64,000 nt of DNA from an uncultured Alphaproteobacteria bacterium (GCA_963775315.1 CAVZIN010000010.1:170570-234569); one strand, 5' to 3'; shown: positions 39,864 through 51,634, counted from the first letter of the stretch. Notes: generated by a model from the letters alone, not told the origin. Made by a program: numbers and translations.

Positions 39864-42800
39864 TTAATGGACCGCGATAATTGCGACGGTCAGCTGCTCG
39901 CTTTGGGACGACACCGCCCGGCTCCGTTCGATCTCGCTTCGTCGAATGGCAGCGCGATCTTCCAAGCGCTTCTGCCTGCCCTCATTGGCGGCCAGGATTC
40001 GCCGAAGGCTCTGTGAGCGTGATCCACCCCTGGCTATTTCGCGCCGCTGGCTGTCGATGATGATCTGCAGGCGGTTGCGCTGTTCTCCAATGCGTTGTTC
40101 GAGTGTGCGGAGCTGGATGGAGGCTCGGTCGTCTTGTTCCGCCTTCCTAGCTGCACCCTCCTCGACGAACCGCTCCGTCAGCAGTGTCATGACCGCATCA
40201 CAATGCTCGGCAAGGTTCACGCAGTCCAGATGCAACTCCGCGCCGCTCCAAATGATTCCGGACTCCGCGGCAGAAAGGAGTAGTCGCTCCGCTAGGTCGG
40301 CCTCGATCTGACATCCGTCGTCGATGTCGAATCCTGCGTACGCAATGCGCTCCTGATCGACCAGGCCGCCGAACCTCCACAACATCGCCACGACTGCATA
40401 AATGTGCCTCTTGATCGACGCAGCTGAACCGGGGGAAACCTTGTCGAGGGCCAACCGCGCCGCGACTGCGGGCCTGAGTTTCGGGGCGTCGGTTTCAGAT
40501 ATGCAGTCGGAAACGAACCGCACGAATGAGTGCGTTTGAGTAATTGTCTCGACGGCGGCTGTTTGCGCCACTCCAGCCGGGGGACGGCCGAAACGGCAAC
40601 TGACACCCCCAAGCTCGCGCTCGATCCTTCCGCCTTTAGGCAGGCGCTTTCTGTGAATCCATTCTCCATAGGCGACGCGCGCCTCGGAGGTCAGGCGGAC
40701 CTCGTATAAGTCGTCCCGCCCAAGCTCCCTGACGGAACTACCCGGAAACAGCGATGACAGGCCTTCGCCCACGTAGCGGGCAAGGTCCCGGGCCCCGATC
40801 CAGCGGTGCATTTCATGGGCCGCGTGGATTGACCGCAAGATGTGGTCACCATGCGCGATCAGTGCGGCCGCCTCGCCCTCGAGCTCCTCCTCGAGCTTCA
40901 TGCGATTCTCGATGGCTTGCCGCGTTTGATCGATACGCTGCTCGATCTGGAGGGTCGTAAGTCCACCGGATAGAAGGTCGGGGGCCAGCTTGGCGATTTC
41001 CTCGCCAAGAACCGATTCGAACCCCCCTAGGGCTCGCTCGCAAAGGCGCAGCCGCTCGTAAAGGCGGCGATAAATATGGTCGTCGATCGTCTCACGGTGC
41101 AGCAGATTTATGATGGTGACCGCCTCGGCCGCTTGGCCGAGCCGGTCTACGCGACCGATCCTCTGCTCCACGCGCATCGGATTCCAGGGAAGATCATAGT
41201 TGATGATGGTCGCGCAAAACTGGAGGTCAATTCCTTCGCTGCCGACTTCCGAAGACAACAGAATGCGGAGTTCGGGGTCTGATTCAAAGCGCGAGAGAAC
41301 AGTCTTTCGATCGGCGGTACCGCCGTGGATCGTGACGCAGGACATGCCAGCATGAGCGAGCCGCCGCCCCAAGTATCGCAGCGTCGGGCGAAAGCCGCTG
41401 AAGATGACCACCTTCTCGCTCGCGTCCCGAGAAAGGAAATTGTCCAGGACGGCGAGAAGTTCTTGGAACTTCGTATCGTACGCTTCAAGGGTTTTGGGGG
41501 CCGGTAAATTGGCGCACAGCTTAGTCAAGCGTGCGACGAGTGGTCGAAGGTCCGAGCCGGCGGATGCCGCGGACTCGTCATCGGAAAACTCATCTTCGTC
41601 TTCCGCCTCGACGTCGACAGCCTTTCGTCTCCAATGATCAATCGCTGCCGGCAAACATGACGCTAGAAGCCGCTGGGGCGTCGCCAGCAGAAAGCCAGGT
41701 GCGACACCGCGTTCACTGGCGTGGCGTTGAACCTCCTGCGTGATCGCCTCATAGACCTGACGCTCGGGAGGGCTCATCTCCGCACGATAGGCGCTCACAC
41801 GGCGGACAACGCGCAGCTCCTGCACGTCTCTGCGCCTCGTCCGGTTGATGGTGTTGGAGAGGAGGTTCGTCTGCTCGAGGCGTCCAGCCAGCCGTGCCCG
41901 CTCCCCGAGCGGTATGGCATCTGGCATGCTGCGCAGCTCTTCAACCAGTGCCCCTATTTGCTTCGTATCGGCGAGAAGAGGATGCAGTTCCGCGCGCGAG
42001 ATAATCTCGACGACTTCGCGCTTTGGTTTCCCCCGCAGCAGGGCCTCGCGAGCTTCCACCAGAGGCTGGTTGGCCTCGAGGATTCCGTCGAGGGCGCGTT
42101 CATCCCGAAAGGTCTCAGGATCGATCAAATTGAGAAGAGAAAGGAGGTCACAATTCTTGAGGTGAACTGGTGTAGCCGACAGATAGACTTGATGCTGCGC
42201 GAGTGGTCTCAGGAGCCGAGCGAGGTGGTTGCTCTGGGTTTCCGGGTTTCGAAGATGGTGTGCCTCATCGACCACAAGCAGATCGAAGATCGGTTCGTCG
42301 TCAGCACGCTCCCGAAGTAGCCGTGCAAGTTTCGCCGAAGCGCGCCGATAGGACGGTTCGCGTTCGTCGTCCCACCCCGCCGGTGGCCTCATGCCTTGGA
42401 GGCTGCAAATCGCAATGAAGCCCCTCTCCATGCGGCCTCGATCTTCCGCGAGCGCAAGTGTTTCCTGTGCTGTCACGACACGGGCATCGAGCCCAAACTT
42501 GCTTGAAAGCTCCGCCTCCCACTTGGTGCACAACACACTAGGGCACAAGACGAGCAGCCGCCGGTAGTCAAAACGCGCGCGAAGTTCCGTCCAAATCAAG
42601 CCGGCCTCAATGGTTTTCCCGAGCCCAACCTCATCGGCAATCAAGAGGTTTCCTGTCGGCGACGACAATATTTTCAAGACAGGCTTGAATTGGTGCGGAT
42701 GGAAATCAGTATTCGTTAATTCCATACTGTAGATCACGTCAGTGAGGCGCCCGGTCAACCGAATGTGAGCGAGCACCTGACGGAGCCGTGCCGGTTCACT

Positions 42801-43037
42801 GAAGCGGCCGGATCTTAGAAAATCTGATGGCTCCTCGCTGGCGGCTGGAACGGCCTCGATCTGCTCAAGCGGTATATTGCTGATGCCACCAGGAAATTGG
42901 ACCCGCCCGAACTCGCGGCCCGCAAGGCGGACGACCGCTTGAAATGAGCCGATGCGATGGGGATCACCGACGAGGCGGACAAGTGACCCAGGAGTGAGCC
43001 GAACCTCTCTCGCGCCATTGTTGTTCATGTCGGGCAT
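39864..43037 (-). CDS. SNF2/RapA-like superfamily-2 helicase with long N- and C-terminal extensions
   Basis: Motifs I LIADEVGLGKT, II LVVDEAHHLRN, III YLSATPV, V SEVGSEGIDLQ and VI QRIGRVDRLGQ. The C-terminal ~400 aa are coiled-coil rich with no nuclease motif I recognise. Confidence 0.85.
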   Translation of the reverse strand: MPDMNNNGAREVRLTPGSLVRLVGDPHRIGSFQAVVRLAGREFGRVQFPGGISNIPLEQIEAVPAASEEPSDFLRSGRFSEPARLRQVLAHIRLTGRLTDVIYSMELTNTDFHPHQFKPVLKILSSPTGNLLIADEVGLGKTIEAGLIWTELRARFDYRRLLVLCPSVLCTKWEAELSSKFGLDARVVTAQETLALAEDRGRMERGFIAICSLQGMRPPAGWDDEREPSYRRASAKLARLLRERADDEPIFDLLVVDEAHHLRNPETQSNHLARLLRPLAQHQVYLSATPVHLKNCDLLSLLNLIDPETFRDERALDGILEANQPLVEAREALLRGKPKREVVEIISRAELHPLLADTKQIGALVEELRSMPDAIPLGERARLAGRLEQTNLLSNTINRTRRRDVQELRVVRRVSAYRAEMSPPERQVYEAITQEVQRHASERGVAPGFLLATPQRLLASCLPAAIDHWRRKAVDVEAEDEDEFSDDESAASAGSDLRPLVARLTKLCANLPAPKTLEAYDTKFQELLAVLDNFLSRDASEKVVIFSGFRPTLRYLGRRLAHAGMSCVTIHGGTADRKTVLSRFESDPELRILLSSEVGSEGIDLQFCATIINYDLPWNPMRVEQRIGRVDRLGQAAEAVTIINLLHRETIDDHIYRRLYERLRLCERALGGFESVLGEEIAKLAPDLLSGGLTTLQIEQRIDQTRQAIENRMKLEEELEGEAAALIAHGDHILRSIHAAHEMHRWIGARDLARYVGEGLSSLFPGSSVRELGRDDLYEVRLTSEARVAYGEWIHRKRLPKGGRIERELGGVSCRFGRPPAGVAQTAAVETITQTHSFVRFVSDCISETDAPKLRPAVAARLALDKVSPGSAASIKRHIYAVVAMLWRFGGLVDQERIAYAGFDIDDGCQIEADLAERLLLSAAESGIIWSGAELHLDCVNLAEHCDAVMTLLTERFVEEGAARKAEQDDRASIQLRTLEQRIGEQRNRLQIIIDSQRREIARGGSRSQSLRRILAANEGRQKRLEDRAAIRRSEIERSRAVSSQSEQLTVAIIAVH

Positions 43038-43262
43038 GCGACATCATCTTCAAAAACGTACGATGGTTGCAAGAAGCTCGGGCCACCCTGGCTTCGGGTT
43101 GCACGCTGCGCCAACAGCAGACCCGTACGGAAAACCCCTCTGATGCGAGGGCTCAGGAGGCTTGATTCTCGGGCATTATCGGCCCGGCCGCGGCATGTAC
43201 GCAAAACATTTGATTTCCGTACCTCCGGCCACCATCTTGCGATTGAACGATGGGAGGCAGCC

Positions 43263-43880
43263 ATGGCGAAAACGTGCCGCGTCGCCTTTTACGCCCGCGT
43301 ATCCACTGACGGGCAGACAGTCGACAACCAGCTTCGTGAGCTCGACGCCGTTGCCGAACGTCACGGCTGGGCTGTCGTAGCAAAATGCCTCGACGAGGGT
43401 ATCAGCGGCGCAAAGGGACGGAAGGGTAGACCCGGGTTCGACGCCCTTTGCCGGGCGGTGGCGCGCAAGGAGGTCGATCTGGTAGCGGCATGGTCCGTTG
43501 ACCGGCTTGGCCGATCCCTTCAGGATCTGGTCGGGTTTCTCGGTGAGCTGCACGCCAAGGGCGTCGATCTCTACCTGCACCAACAAGGAATCGACACGAC
43601 CACCCCTGCTGGTCGTGCGATGTTTCAAATGCTCGGCGTATTCGCTGAGTTCGAGCGGGCTATGATCCAGGACCGTGTCCGTTCGGGGTTGGCGCGCGCC
43701 CGCGCGAAGGGCAAACGCCTCGGCCGACCCCCGACGTCGGCCGCAGTTGAACTGCGCATTAGGAAGATGCTCGAGTCCGGCCAAGGCATCCGCCGAACCG
43801 CTACGGAGTTACAGGTCGGAGTGTCGGTTGTTCAAAGGGTGCACGCAGAGATCGTAGCGGCTGAACCCTCAGCGGGCTGA
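43263..43880 (+). CDS. Serine recombinase (resolvase/invertase family)
   Basis: Catalytic FYARVSTDGQ N-terminus and C-terminal HTH. SD GGGAGG. 205 aa. Confidence 0.9.
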   Translation: MAKTCRVAFYARVSTDGQTVDNQLRELDAVAERHGWAVVAKCLDEGISGAKGRKGRPGFDALCRAVARKEVDLVAAWSVDRLGRSLQDLVGFLGELHAKGVDLYLHQQGIDTTTPAGRAMFQMLGVFAEFERAMIQDRVRSGLARARAKGKRLGRPPTSAAVELRIRKMLESGQGIRRTATELQVGVSVVQRVHAEIVAAEPSAG

Positions 43881-44954
43881 GTCGAGCAGTTGGCGCATAC
43901 GAGCGACAATGTCCTCTTCCTTGGTCGGCTTCTTGCCAAGCCCACGCATGATCTCCGCTTGCCGCCGCGCCGCCACCTCGCCGTAGCTGAAAAGCGTCGT
44001 CATCACCTTCTCGTGGCCGAGGTTCTGGCTCCACGCCTTGAACTCCTCCGGCGGACCACAAAGCTGCTCGCCGAGAAGGACCAGCGTCCTGCGGAAGCTG
44101 TGGGGATTGAAGTAAGGGAGGCCCGCGGCCGTGAAGGCCTCCTTGAAGATGGCGCGGATCGGCCCGGCGTTGGTCCAGTGCTTACGATCCAGCCCGACGG
44201 CACGGAATTGGTGATCCGGCCCAAGTGTCACCAGCGTTGCCGGGAACAGCGGATCGTCCAGCCCCCAGCGCTTTTCGGTCTTCAGGAACTCGACCCACTC
44301 GGCGACGATGCCGCGCACCTCGTCGCCAACAGGAAAGAACCAGGTTGGAAAGGTCTTGGACAACTTGGTATTCACCTCGCGGGCGTCCTGCATCACGAGG
44401 CCCTCGACCATGTCGACATGCTTGAGCTTGAGCGAGGCGATGGCGCCGTCCCGGGCGCCGGTAAGCAGCGTGAAGGCGATGAGGGTACGGTTGCGCCGCT
44501 CGATTTCGGTCGTCGCCGGCATGGAGTGCAGGACGTGCAGGATCTGCTCCACGGTCGGGATGCGGGGCTCCCGGTGCGCCTTGGCGATCCTGGTCTCTTT
44601 TTCCGACAGGTTGAAATACTCGGCATCCGAGTAGCTGAGGCGCGAGCGGAAGCCCGGCTGACCGGCCAGCCAATGGAAGAAATTCCGAAGTGCGCTGAGC
44701 GTGGCGTACATCGTCGCCTTGCTGAGAGGCTTGCCAGTGGTCGCGCTCATCTGCTCCGCCAAGTGGCGCTTGAAGGCGACAGCCTGCTCGATGCGGAAGG
44801 TTTTGAAGCTGCGGAAATTGGTATCGACCTCAAAACGGTGCAGCGCCGCCGCTGTTGCGTCGAGGGACGCTTCGCTGAACCGCTTGGCCTCTTTCAGATA
44901 GGCGAAATACAGACGCTTCAATCTCTCGTTCTCGGGGTTGCAGGTCATCGGCAT
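43869..44954 (-). CDS. Tyrosine recombinase / integrase
   Basis: LLTGARDGAI (Arg), HSFRRT (His-x-x-Arg) and GHEKVMTTLFSYGEV (Tyr) motifs. SAM-like N-terminal domain. Confidence 0.85.
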   Translation of the reverse strand: MPMTCNPENERLKRLYFAYLKEAKRFSEASLDATAAALHRFEVDTNFRSFKTFRIEQAVAFKRHLAEQMSATTGKPLSKATMYATLSALRNFFHWLAGQPGFRSRLSYSDAEYFNLSEKETRIAKAHREPRIPTVEQILHVLHSMPATTEIERRNRTLIAFTLLTGARDGAIASLKLKHVDMVEGLVMQDAREVNTKLSKTFPTWFFPVGDEVRGIVAEWVEFLKTEKRWGLDDPLFPATLVTLGPDHQFRAVGLDRKHWTNAGPIRAIFKEAFTAAGLPYFNPHSFRRTLVLLGEQLCGPPEEFKAWSQNLGHEKVMTTLFSYGEVAARRQAEIMRGLGKKPTKEEDIVARMRQLLDSAR

Positions 44955-45436
44955 TTTCCCTCTCGCTTGGGGTCACAGTTCACGGAGGTGGAAGGGATCT
45001 CTCCTATGCGCGGAGCCGCCTCCGGGAATGCGATGTCCAAATCGGCGCGAACGGCGTGAAGTCCGGCCAACGAGACCCGCCGGTGGATCAGCAATTCACA
45101 GTCCGGGCAGATGCCTCTCAGGTTGCCCAACGTCGGGGTTAAGGGGAGGTAGTCCGCCATCTTGCCGGCCGGCATCTTTGGCGCGCGGCAGCGGATGCAG
45201 TAGATGTGGCCCCGCGGGCAGGGGGTTTTGGCTTTGGCGCGCCGCTCCGTCAGGAAGCGGACCAGCTCCTCGCCGTGAAATAGGATTGGTCGCTTGCCGT
45301 CGATCGGCGTCAGCCCGTGCTTCTTCCAATTGCGCACGGAGTTCTTGTGCGTGCCGAGCACGCGAGCCGCCTCATCCACAGTATAAGTGCGATGGATCTT
45401 GATGAGCCGCGGATTAGGACGCCGGCCGTGTCCCAT
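44945..45436 (-). CDS. HTH DNA-binding protein with C-terminal Cys-rich zinc-ribbon, integrase partner
   Basis: YTVDEAARVLGTHKNSVRNWKKHG HTH. CPRGHIYCIRC...CPDC cysteines. 10-nt overlap with the integrase start. Confidence 0.65.
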   Translation of the reverse strand: MGHGRRPNPRLIKIHRTYTVDEAARVLGTHKNSVRNWKKHGLTPIDGKRPILFHGEELVRFLTERRAKAKTPCPRGHIYCIRCRAPKMPAGKMADYLPLTPTLGNLRGICPDCELLIHRRVSLAGLHAVRADLDIAFPEAAPRIGEIPSTSVNCDPKREGKCR

Positions 45437-45440
45437 GGCG

Positions 45441-45635
45441 CTAGGCCGACTGGATCGGTTTCAGCCCCTTCAACCAAGCAATGAGGTCGTCGGCAAGGAT
45501 GACTGTCCGCCGCCCCCGCTTTCGTGCGATCAGCTCGCCGTTGCGGATCGCCCGGTAGATGGAGGTGCGGCTGGCGTCCGCGGCCTCCATCGCCTCCGGG
45601 ATCGAATAGACCAGCTTTTCCGTCATGCTCGACAC
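45441..45635 (-). CDS. AlpA/excisionase-family HTH protein
   Basis: 64 aa. YSIPEAMEAADASRTSIYRAIRNGEL is typical of AlpA/Xis-like regulators. Confidence 0.8.
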   Translation of the reverse strand: MSSMTEKLVYSIPEAMEAADASRTSIYRAIRNGELIARKRGRRTVILADDLIAWLKGLKPIQSA

Positions 45636-45755
45636 TCCATGGCTGTTTCAGCGAATGCCTGGGCATCCGCGCATGGGTGCCGTTATGCGGGGAGGGAGCG
45701 ATTCAGCCCGACCGATAACCGCTGGAAACCGCTGGAAACCTCTCGCCGGGAGTTT

Positions 45756-46634
45756 TCAGCGGGCATTGTCGGAGGGATAGACGTCGGCAATCCAAGCCCG
45801 GATCGTGCTGTCGTTGGGTGGGCTGTCCCATGTCTGGGAACACCAATCGCGCATGTGCCGGAATAGCTCTGCCCGTCCTGGGAGCCCATCCGGCGTGTTC
45901 GCTAGCCTCAGCAATTCCCGGATGAATGCATTTCTGTCGTACTTAGGGGGACGGCCGCCCTTGTCCTGCACTTTTTCCTCGGCGGAGGCGATCTCGTCGT
46001 CGGAGCCGGGCGGGCGCCAGTCTGGCCGGGCGAAATCCTCCACTTCGGCCGATTTCAGTACGACGCTGCCTTTCCACACCACGGGGAAGTAGGAGTTCCC
46101 TAAGGAAAGACTTATCGGATTCGGCTGATGTTGGCCGGGACGGTCGCTTCCTGGCGAGAACGCTGACATCGCGTCGTTGCTGGCCCAAAAATCTGGGTCT
46201 ATGGGTTCGAGCTTTCCGAGATCGGGAGCGAAGAGCCAAGAGTGCAGCCAACCGCCGTTCAGCGCCTTTCGGAGCGAAAACGCGATCTCGACGCGCCTCA
46301 CGCGAGCAGAGATTTCCTCTTCACGCAACGCTTCCAGGAGCGGCCTCTCTTTCGCCAACAATTCGTGGGCCTGTTCTACCGAATCCGCCCACTCGTAACC
46401 CCGAGTGGTCATTACGCGCCAGCCACCGCGGTCTTCTTTGCGAGGATCTGCGATGTAGGAATGGCGAATATCGCGCGCCCTCTGCTCCTGTCCGGTCCAT
46501 TCGTCTGGATGCAGGCCCTTTCCAAGTACCTCGACCGCCTCCGCTAGGAGGATATAGCCAGGCGGACAATAGATCGGGACGAACACCGGTTCGCCCGCCT
46601 CGGGCAGTGGCTGAAACTCGAATTGGTTGGGCAC
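45756..46634 (-). CDS. Hypothetical protein of mobile-element context
   Basis: 292 aa. GTG start. Coding-like composition. No family recognised. Confidence 0.5.
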   Translation of the reverse strand: MPNQFEFQPLPEAGEPVFVPIYCPPGYILLAEAVEVLGKGLHPDEWTGQEQRARDIRHSYIADPRKEDRGGWRVMTTRGYEWADSVEQAHELLAKERPLLEALREEEISARVRRVEIAFSLRKALNGGWLHSWLFAPDLGKLEPIDPDFWASNDAMSAFSPGSDRPGQHQPNPISLSLGNSYFPVVWKGSVVLKSAEVEDFARPDWRPPGSDDEIASAEEKVQDKGGRPPKYDRNAFIRELLRLANTPDGLPGRAELFRHMRDWCSQTWDSPPNDSTIRAWIADVYPSDNAR

Positions 46635-47007
46635 GCGACAGCCTCACAGCGGGAGCGACAATGTTATCGGAAATCGCCGACTCGGGAGGCAAAGCAATCA
46701 GCCGGTGATGCGAGTGCGAAGAGCTGGGATAGGGGAGCGTCGATTGGGCGGTCCGGTGAGCTTAGAGTGCCCATGGATACCGAGCGCGGGAAGTCCGCCC
46801 ACATCGTGTCAGCATGGCCTGCTTGACCGAATACAGGCCTCCTCTTCCGTCGACAGCCCGTCCAGCCGGCGAGCTTCCGCAATCGGTCGCGTCTCTGATC
46901 GCCGGCGCGCTTCCTCCTGAAGCTCATGAAATCTCACATGGTCCCTTTACGGGGTCCACCGCCATCTTCCGGCTGGCGGGCAATGGCCCGCGGATCGGGC
47001 TACGCAG

Positions 47008-47091
47008 ATGGCGGACGTGATTTACCTCGCGATCGGGCTCGGCTTCTTCGTTGTCGCGGCCCTCTACGTCGCCGCATGCGAACGCATGTGA
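47008..47091 (+). CDS. Candidate 27-aa hydrophobic micro-protein upstream of kdpF
   Basis: MADVIYLAIGLGFFVVAALYVAACERM is a single predicted TM helix. Its stop is 7 nt before the kdpF ATG. The SD is weak. Confidence 0.35.
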   Translation: MADVIYLAIGLGFFVVAALYVAACERM

Positions 47092-47098
47092 GGCCGCG

Positions 47099-47188
47099 AT
47101 GGGATTCGACGACATTCTGGGCGGGCTGGTGATGTCGGGACTGCTCGTCTATCTCGTCTACGCGCTGATCCGGCCAGAGCGGTTCTAG
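47099..47188 (+). CDS. kdpF: K+-transporting ATPase subunit F
   Basis: 29 aa, [29 protein letters not shown]. The C-terminal LxRPERF signature of KdpF. Immediately upstream of kdpA. Confidence 0.75.
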   Translation: MGFDDILGGLVMSGLLVYLVYALIRPERF

Positions 47189-47201
47189 GCGGGCGGACGC
47201 C

Positions 47202-48929
47202 ATGACCCTCAACGGCTGGCTTCAGATCGGGCTCTACGGGGCGCTGATCCTCGCTGTCACCAAGCCGCTCGGGCTTTACATGGCGCACGTGTTCGAGGGC
47301 GAGCGGACGCTTCTCGCCCCTGCGCTGCGGCCGGTCGAGCGCGCGATCTACCGTATCTGCGGCGTGAACGAGGCTGCGGAGCAGCACTGGACCGGCTACA
47401 CCATCGCAATGCTGGCGTTCGGCGCCGCGAGCTTCCTTGCCGTCTATGCGCTCCAGCGTCTCCAGGTCTACCTGCCCCTAAACCCGGCCGGCCAGGGACC
47501 CGTTTCGCCCGATAGCGCTTTCAACACCGCGGTGAGCTTCGCCAGCAACACCAACTGGCAGGGCTATGGCGGCGAGACCACCATGAGCGACCTGACCCAA
47601 ATGGTCGGGCTCACGGTGCAGAACTTCGTCTCGGCCGCAACGGGTATGGCGCTCGCCATCGCTCTGGTGCGGGGCTTCGCGCGCGCCTCGGTGCAGACCG
47701 TCGGAAATTTCTGGGTGGATCTCACCCGCGCCACGCTCTACGTGCTGCTGCCCATGTCGGTCTTCATGGCGATTGTGCTGGTGGCACTTGGCGTGCCCCA
47801 GGACCTCGCCCCATATACCGACGCGACGACGCTTGAGGGCGCGCGGCAGGTCCTCACTCAGGGTCCGGTGGCCTCGCAGCTCGCGATCAAGCAGCTCGGC
47901 ACCAATGGGGGCGGGTTCTTCAACGTCAATTCGGCGCATCCGTTCGAAAACCCGAGCGCCATCACCAACCTGATCGAGATGTGGGCAATCCTCGCGATCA
48001 GCGCCGGCCTCACCTACACGTTCGGGCGCATGGTGCGCGACACGCGTCAGGGCTGGGCGCTGTTCGCCGTCATGGCCGTCCTGTTCGCGGCCGGGGTCGC
48101 CGCCACATACGCCGCCGAGGCGTCGGGCAACCCTGCCTTCGCCAGCCTCGGCGTCGACCAGGCGGCGAGCGCGGGCCAGCCCGGCGGCAACATGGAAGGA
48201 AAGGAGGTCCGCTTCGGCGTCGCCAACTCCGCGATCTGGGCGACGGCGACGACCGATGCCTCGAACGGCTCGGTCAACGCGATGCACGACAGCTTCACGC
48301 CCCTCGGCGGACTGGTGCCGATTGCCAACATTCAGCTCGGCGAGATCATCTTCGGCGGCGTCGGCGCCGGGCTTTACGGCATGCTCCTGTTTGCCGTGCT
48401 CGCCGTGTTCGTCGCGGGGCTGATGGTCGGGAGGACGCCGGAATATCTCGGCAAGAAGATCGAGGCGCGTGAGGTCAAGATGGCCATGCTCGCGATCCTG
48501 ATCCTGCCGGCCGCGATCCTTGGCTTCACCGCGCTCGCGAGCGTCATGCCGGCCGGCCTTGCCGGGCCGGAGAATGCCGGTCCGCACGGATTCAGCGAAA
48601 TCCTCTACGCCTTCACCTCCGGCACGGGGAACAACGGCAGCGCCTTCGCCGGCCTGTCCGCCGACACACCGTTCTACAACGCCACCATCGGGCTCGCGAT
48701 GCTGATCGGGCGGTGGCTGATGATCGTGCCGATGATGGCGATCGCGGGCTCGCTCGTCGGCAAGAGGATCGTGCCGCCGTCTGCGGGCACGTTCCCGACG
48801 ACGGGGGCGCTGTGGGTGGGGCTCCTGATCGGTGTCATCGTGATCGTCGGCGGGCTTACCTTCTTCCCGGCACTGACGCTCGGTCCCATTGCGGAGCACT
48901 TCGCGATGGCGGCCGGAAGGGTCTACTAG
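47202..48929 (+). CDS. kdpA: K+-transporting ATPase subunit A
   Basis: 575 aa polytopic membrane protein with conserved KdpA sequence ([17 protein letters not shown]). Confidence 0.95.
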   Translation: MTLNGWLQIGLYGALILAVTKPLGLYMAHVFEGERTLLAPALRPVERAIYRICGVNEAAEQHWTGYTIAMLAFGAASFLAVYALQRLQVYLPLNPAGQGPVSPDSAFNTAVSFASNTNWQGYGGETTMSDLTQMVGLTVQNFVSAATGMALAIALVRGFARASVQTVGNFWVDLTRATLYVLLPMSVFMAIVLVALGVPQDLAPYTDATTLEGARQVLTQGPVASQLAIKQLGTNGGGFFNVNSAHPFENPSAITNLIEMWAILAISAGLTYTFGRMVRDTRQGWALFAVMAVLFAAGVAATYAAEASGNPAFASLGVDQAASAGQPGGNMEGKEVRFGVANSAIWATATTDASNGSVNAMHDSFTPLGGLVPIANIQLGEIIFGGVGAGLYGMLLFAVLAVFVAGLMVGRTPEYLGKKIEAREVKMAMLAILILPAAILGFTALASVMPAGLAGPENAGPHGFSEILYAFTSGTGNNGSAFAGLSADTPFYNATIGLAMLIGRWLMIVPMMAIAGSLVGKRIVPPSAGTFPTTGALWVGLLIGVIVIVGGLTFFPALTLGPIAEHFAMAAGRVY

Positions 48930-48930
48930 C

Positions 48931-51000
<2,070 letters not shown>

Positions 51001-51007
51001 GGCCGTC

Positions 51008-51574
51008 ATGCTGAAGCACCTGCGCCCCGCGATTCTCATGCTGGCCGTCATGACGGTGCTCACCGGGCTTGTCTACCCGCTGGCGGTTACCGGCATCGCG
51101 CAGCTCGTATTCCCATACCAGGCGAATGGCAGTCTGATCGTCCAGAACGGCAAGGTCATCGGATCGGCCCTGATAGGACAGGAGTTCGTGAGCCCGCGCT
51201 ACTTCCACGGCCGGCCGTCCGCGACGAGGCCGCGGCCCTACAACGCGGCGTCCTCGGCCGCGTCAAACCTGGGTCCGACCTCGAAGGTCCTCATCGCGCG
51301 CGTCGCGGCCGACGCGAAGAGCCTTGAGGCCGAAAACCCCGGCGTGAAGGTGCCGGTCGACCTGGTGACGAGCTCGGCGAGCGGGCTCGATCCGGACGTA
51401 ACGCCCGCGGCCGCGCTGTTTCAGGTGCCGTGGGTCGCCCGGGCGCGCGGCCTCGATCCCCGTCGCGTTCGACAACTGGTGGAGACCCGCATTCAAGGCC
51501 GATTCCTGGGCATCTTCGGCGAGCGGCACGTCAACGTGCTGGAGCTCAACCTTGCGCTCGACGCCCTCAAGTAG
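51008..51574 (+). CDS. kdpC: K+-transporting ATPase subunit C
   Basis: 188 aa. N-terminal TM segment and the SGLDPDVTPAAA motif typical of KdpC. Confidence 0.9.
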   Translation: MLKHLRPAILMLAVMTVLTGLVYPLAVTGIAQLVFPYQANGSLIVQNGKVIGSALIGQEFVSPRYFHGRPSATRPRPYNAASSAASNLGPTSKVLIARVAADAKSLEAENPGVKVPVDLVTSSASGLDPDVTPAAALFQVPWVARARGLDPRRVRQLVETRIQGRFLGIFGERHVNVLELNLALDALK

Positions 51575-51634
51575 CGCAGTGAACCGCGCCGCCCTTCGGC
51601 GTATCCTGGGGTCCCCGACGCTGGGGTCACAAGG

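Noticed and set aside
43263-43880. The serine recombinase acting on the 590-bp prophage inverted repeat.
   Set aside because: They are ~39 kb apart and in different mobile elements. Serine invertases act on short specific sites, not long homologous arms.
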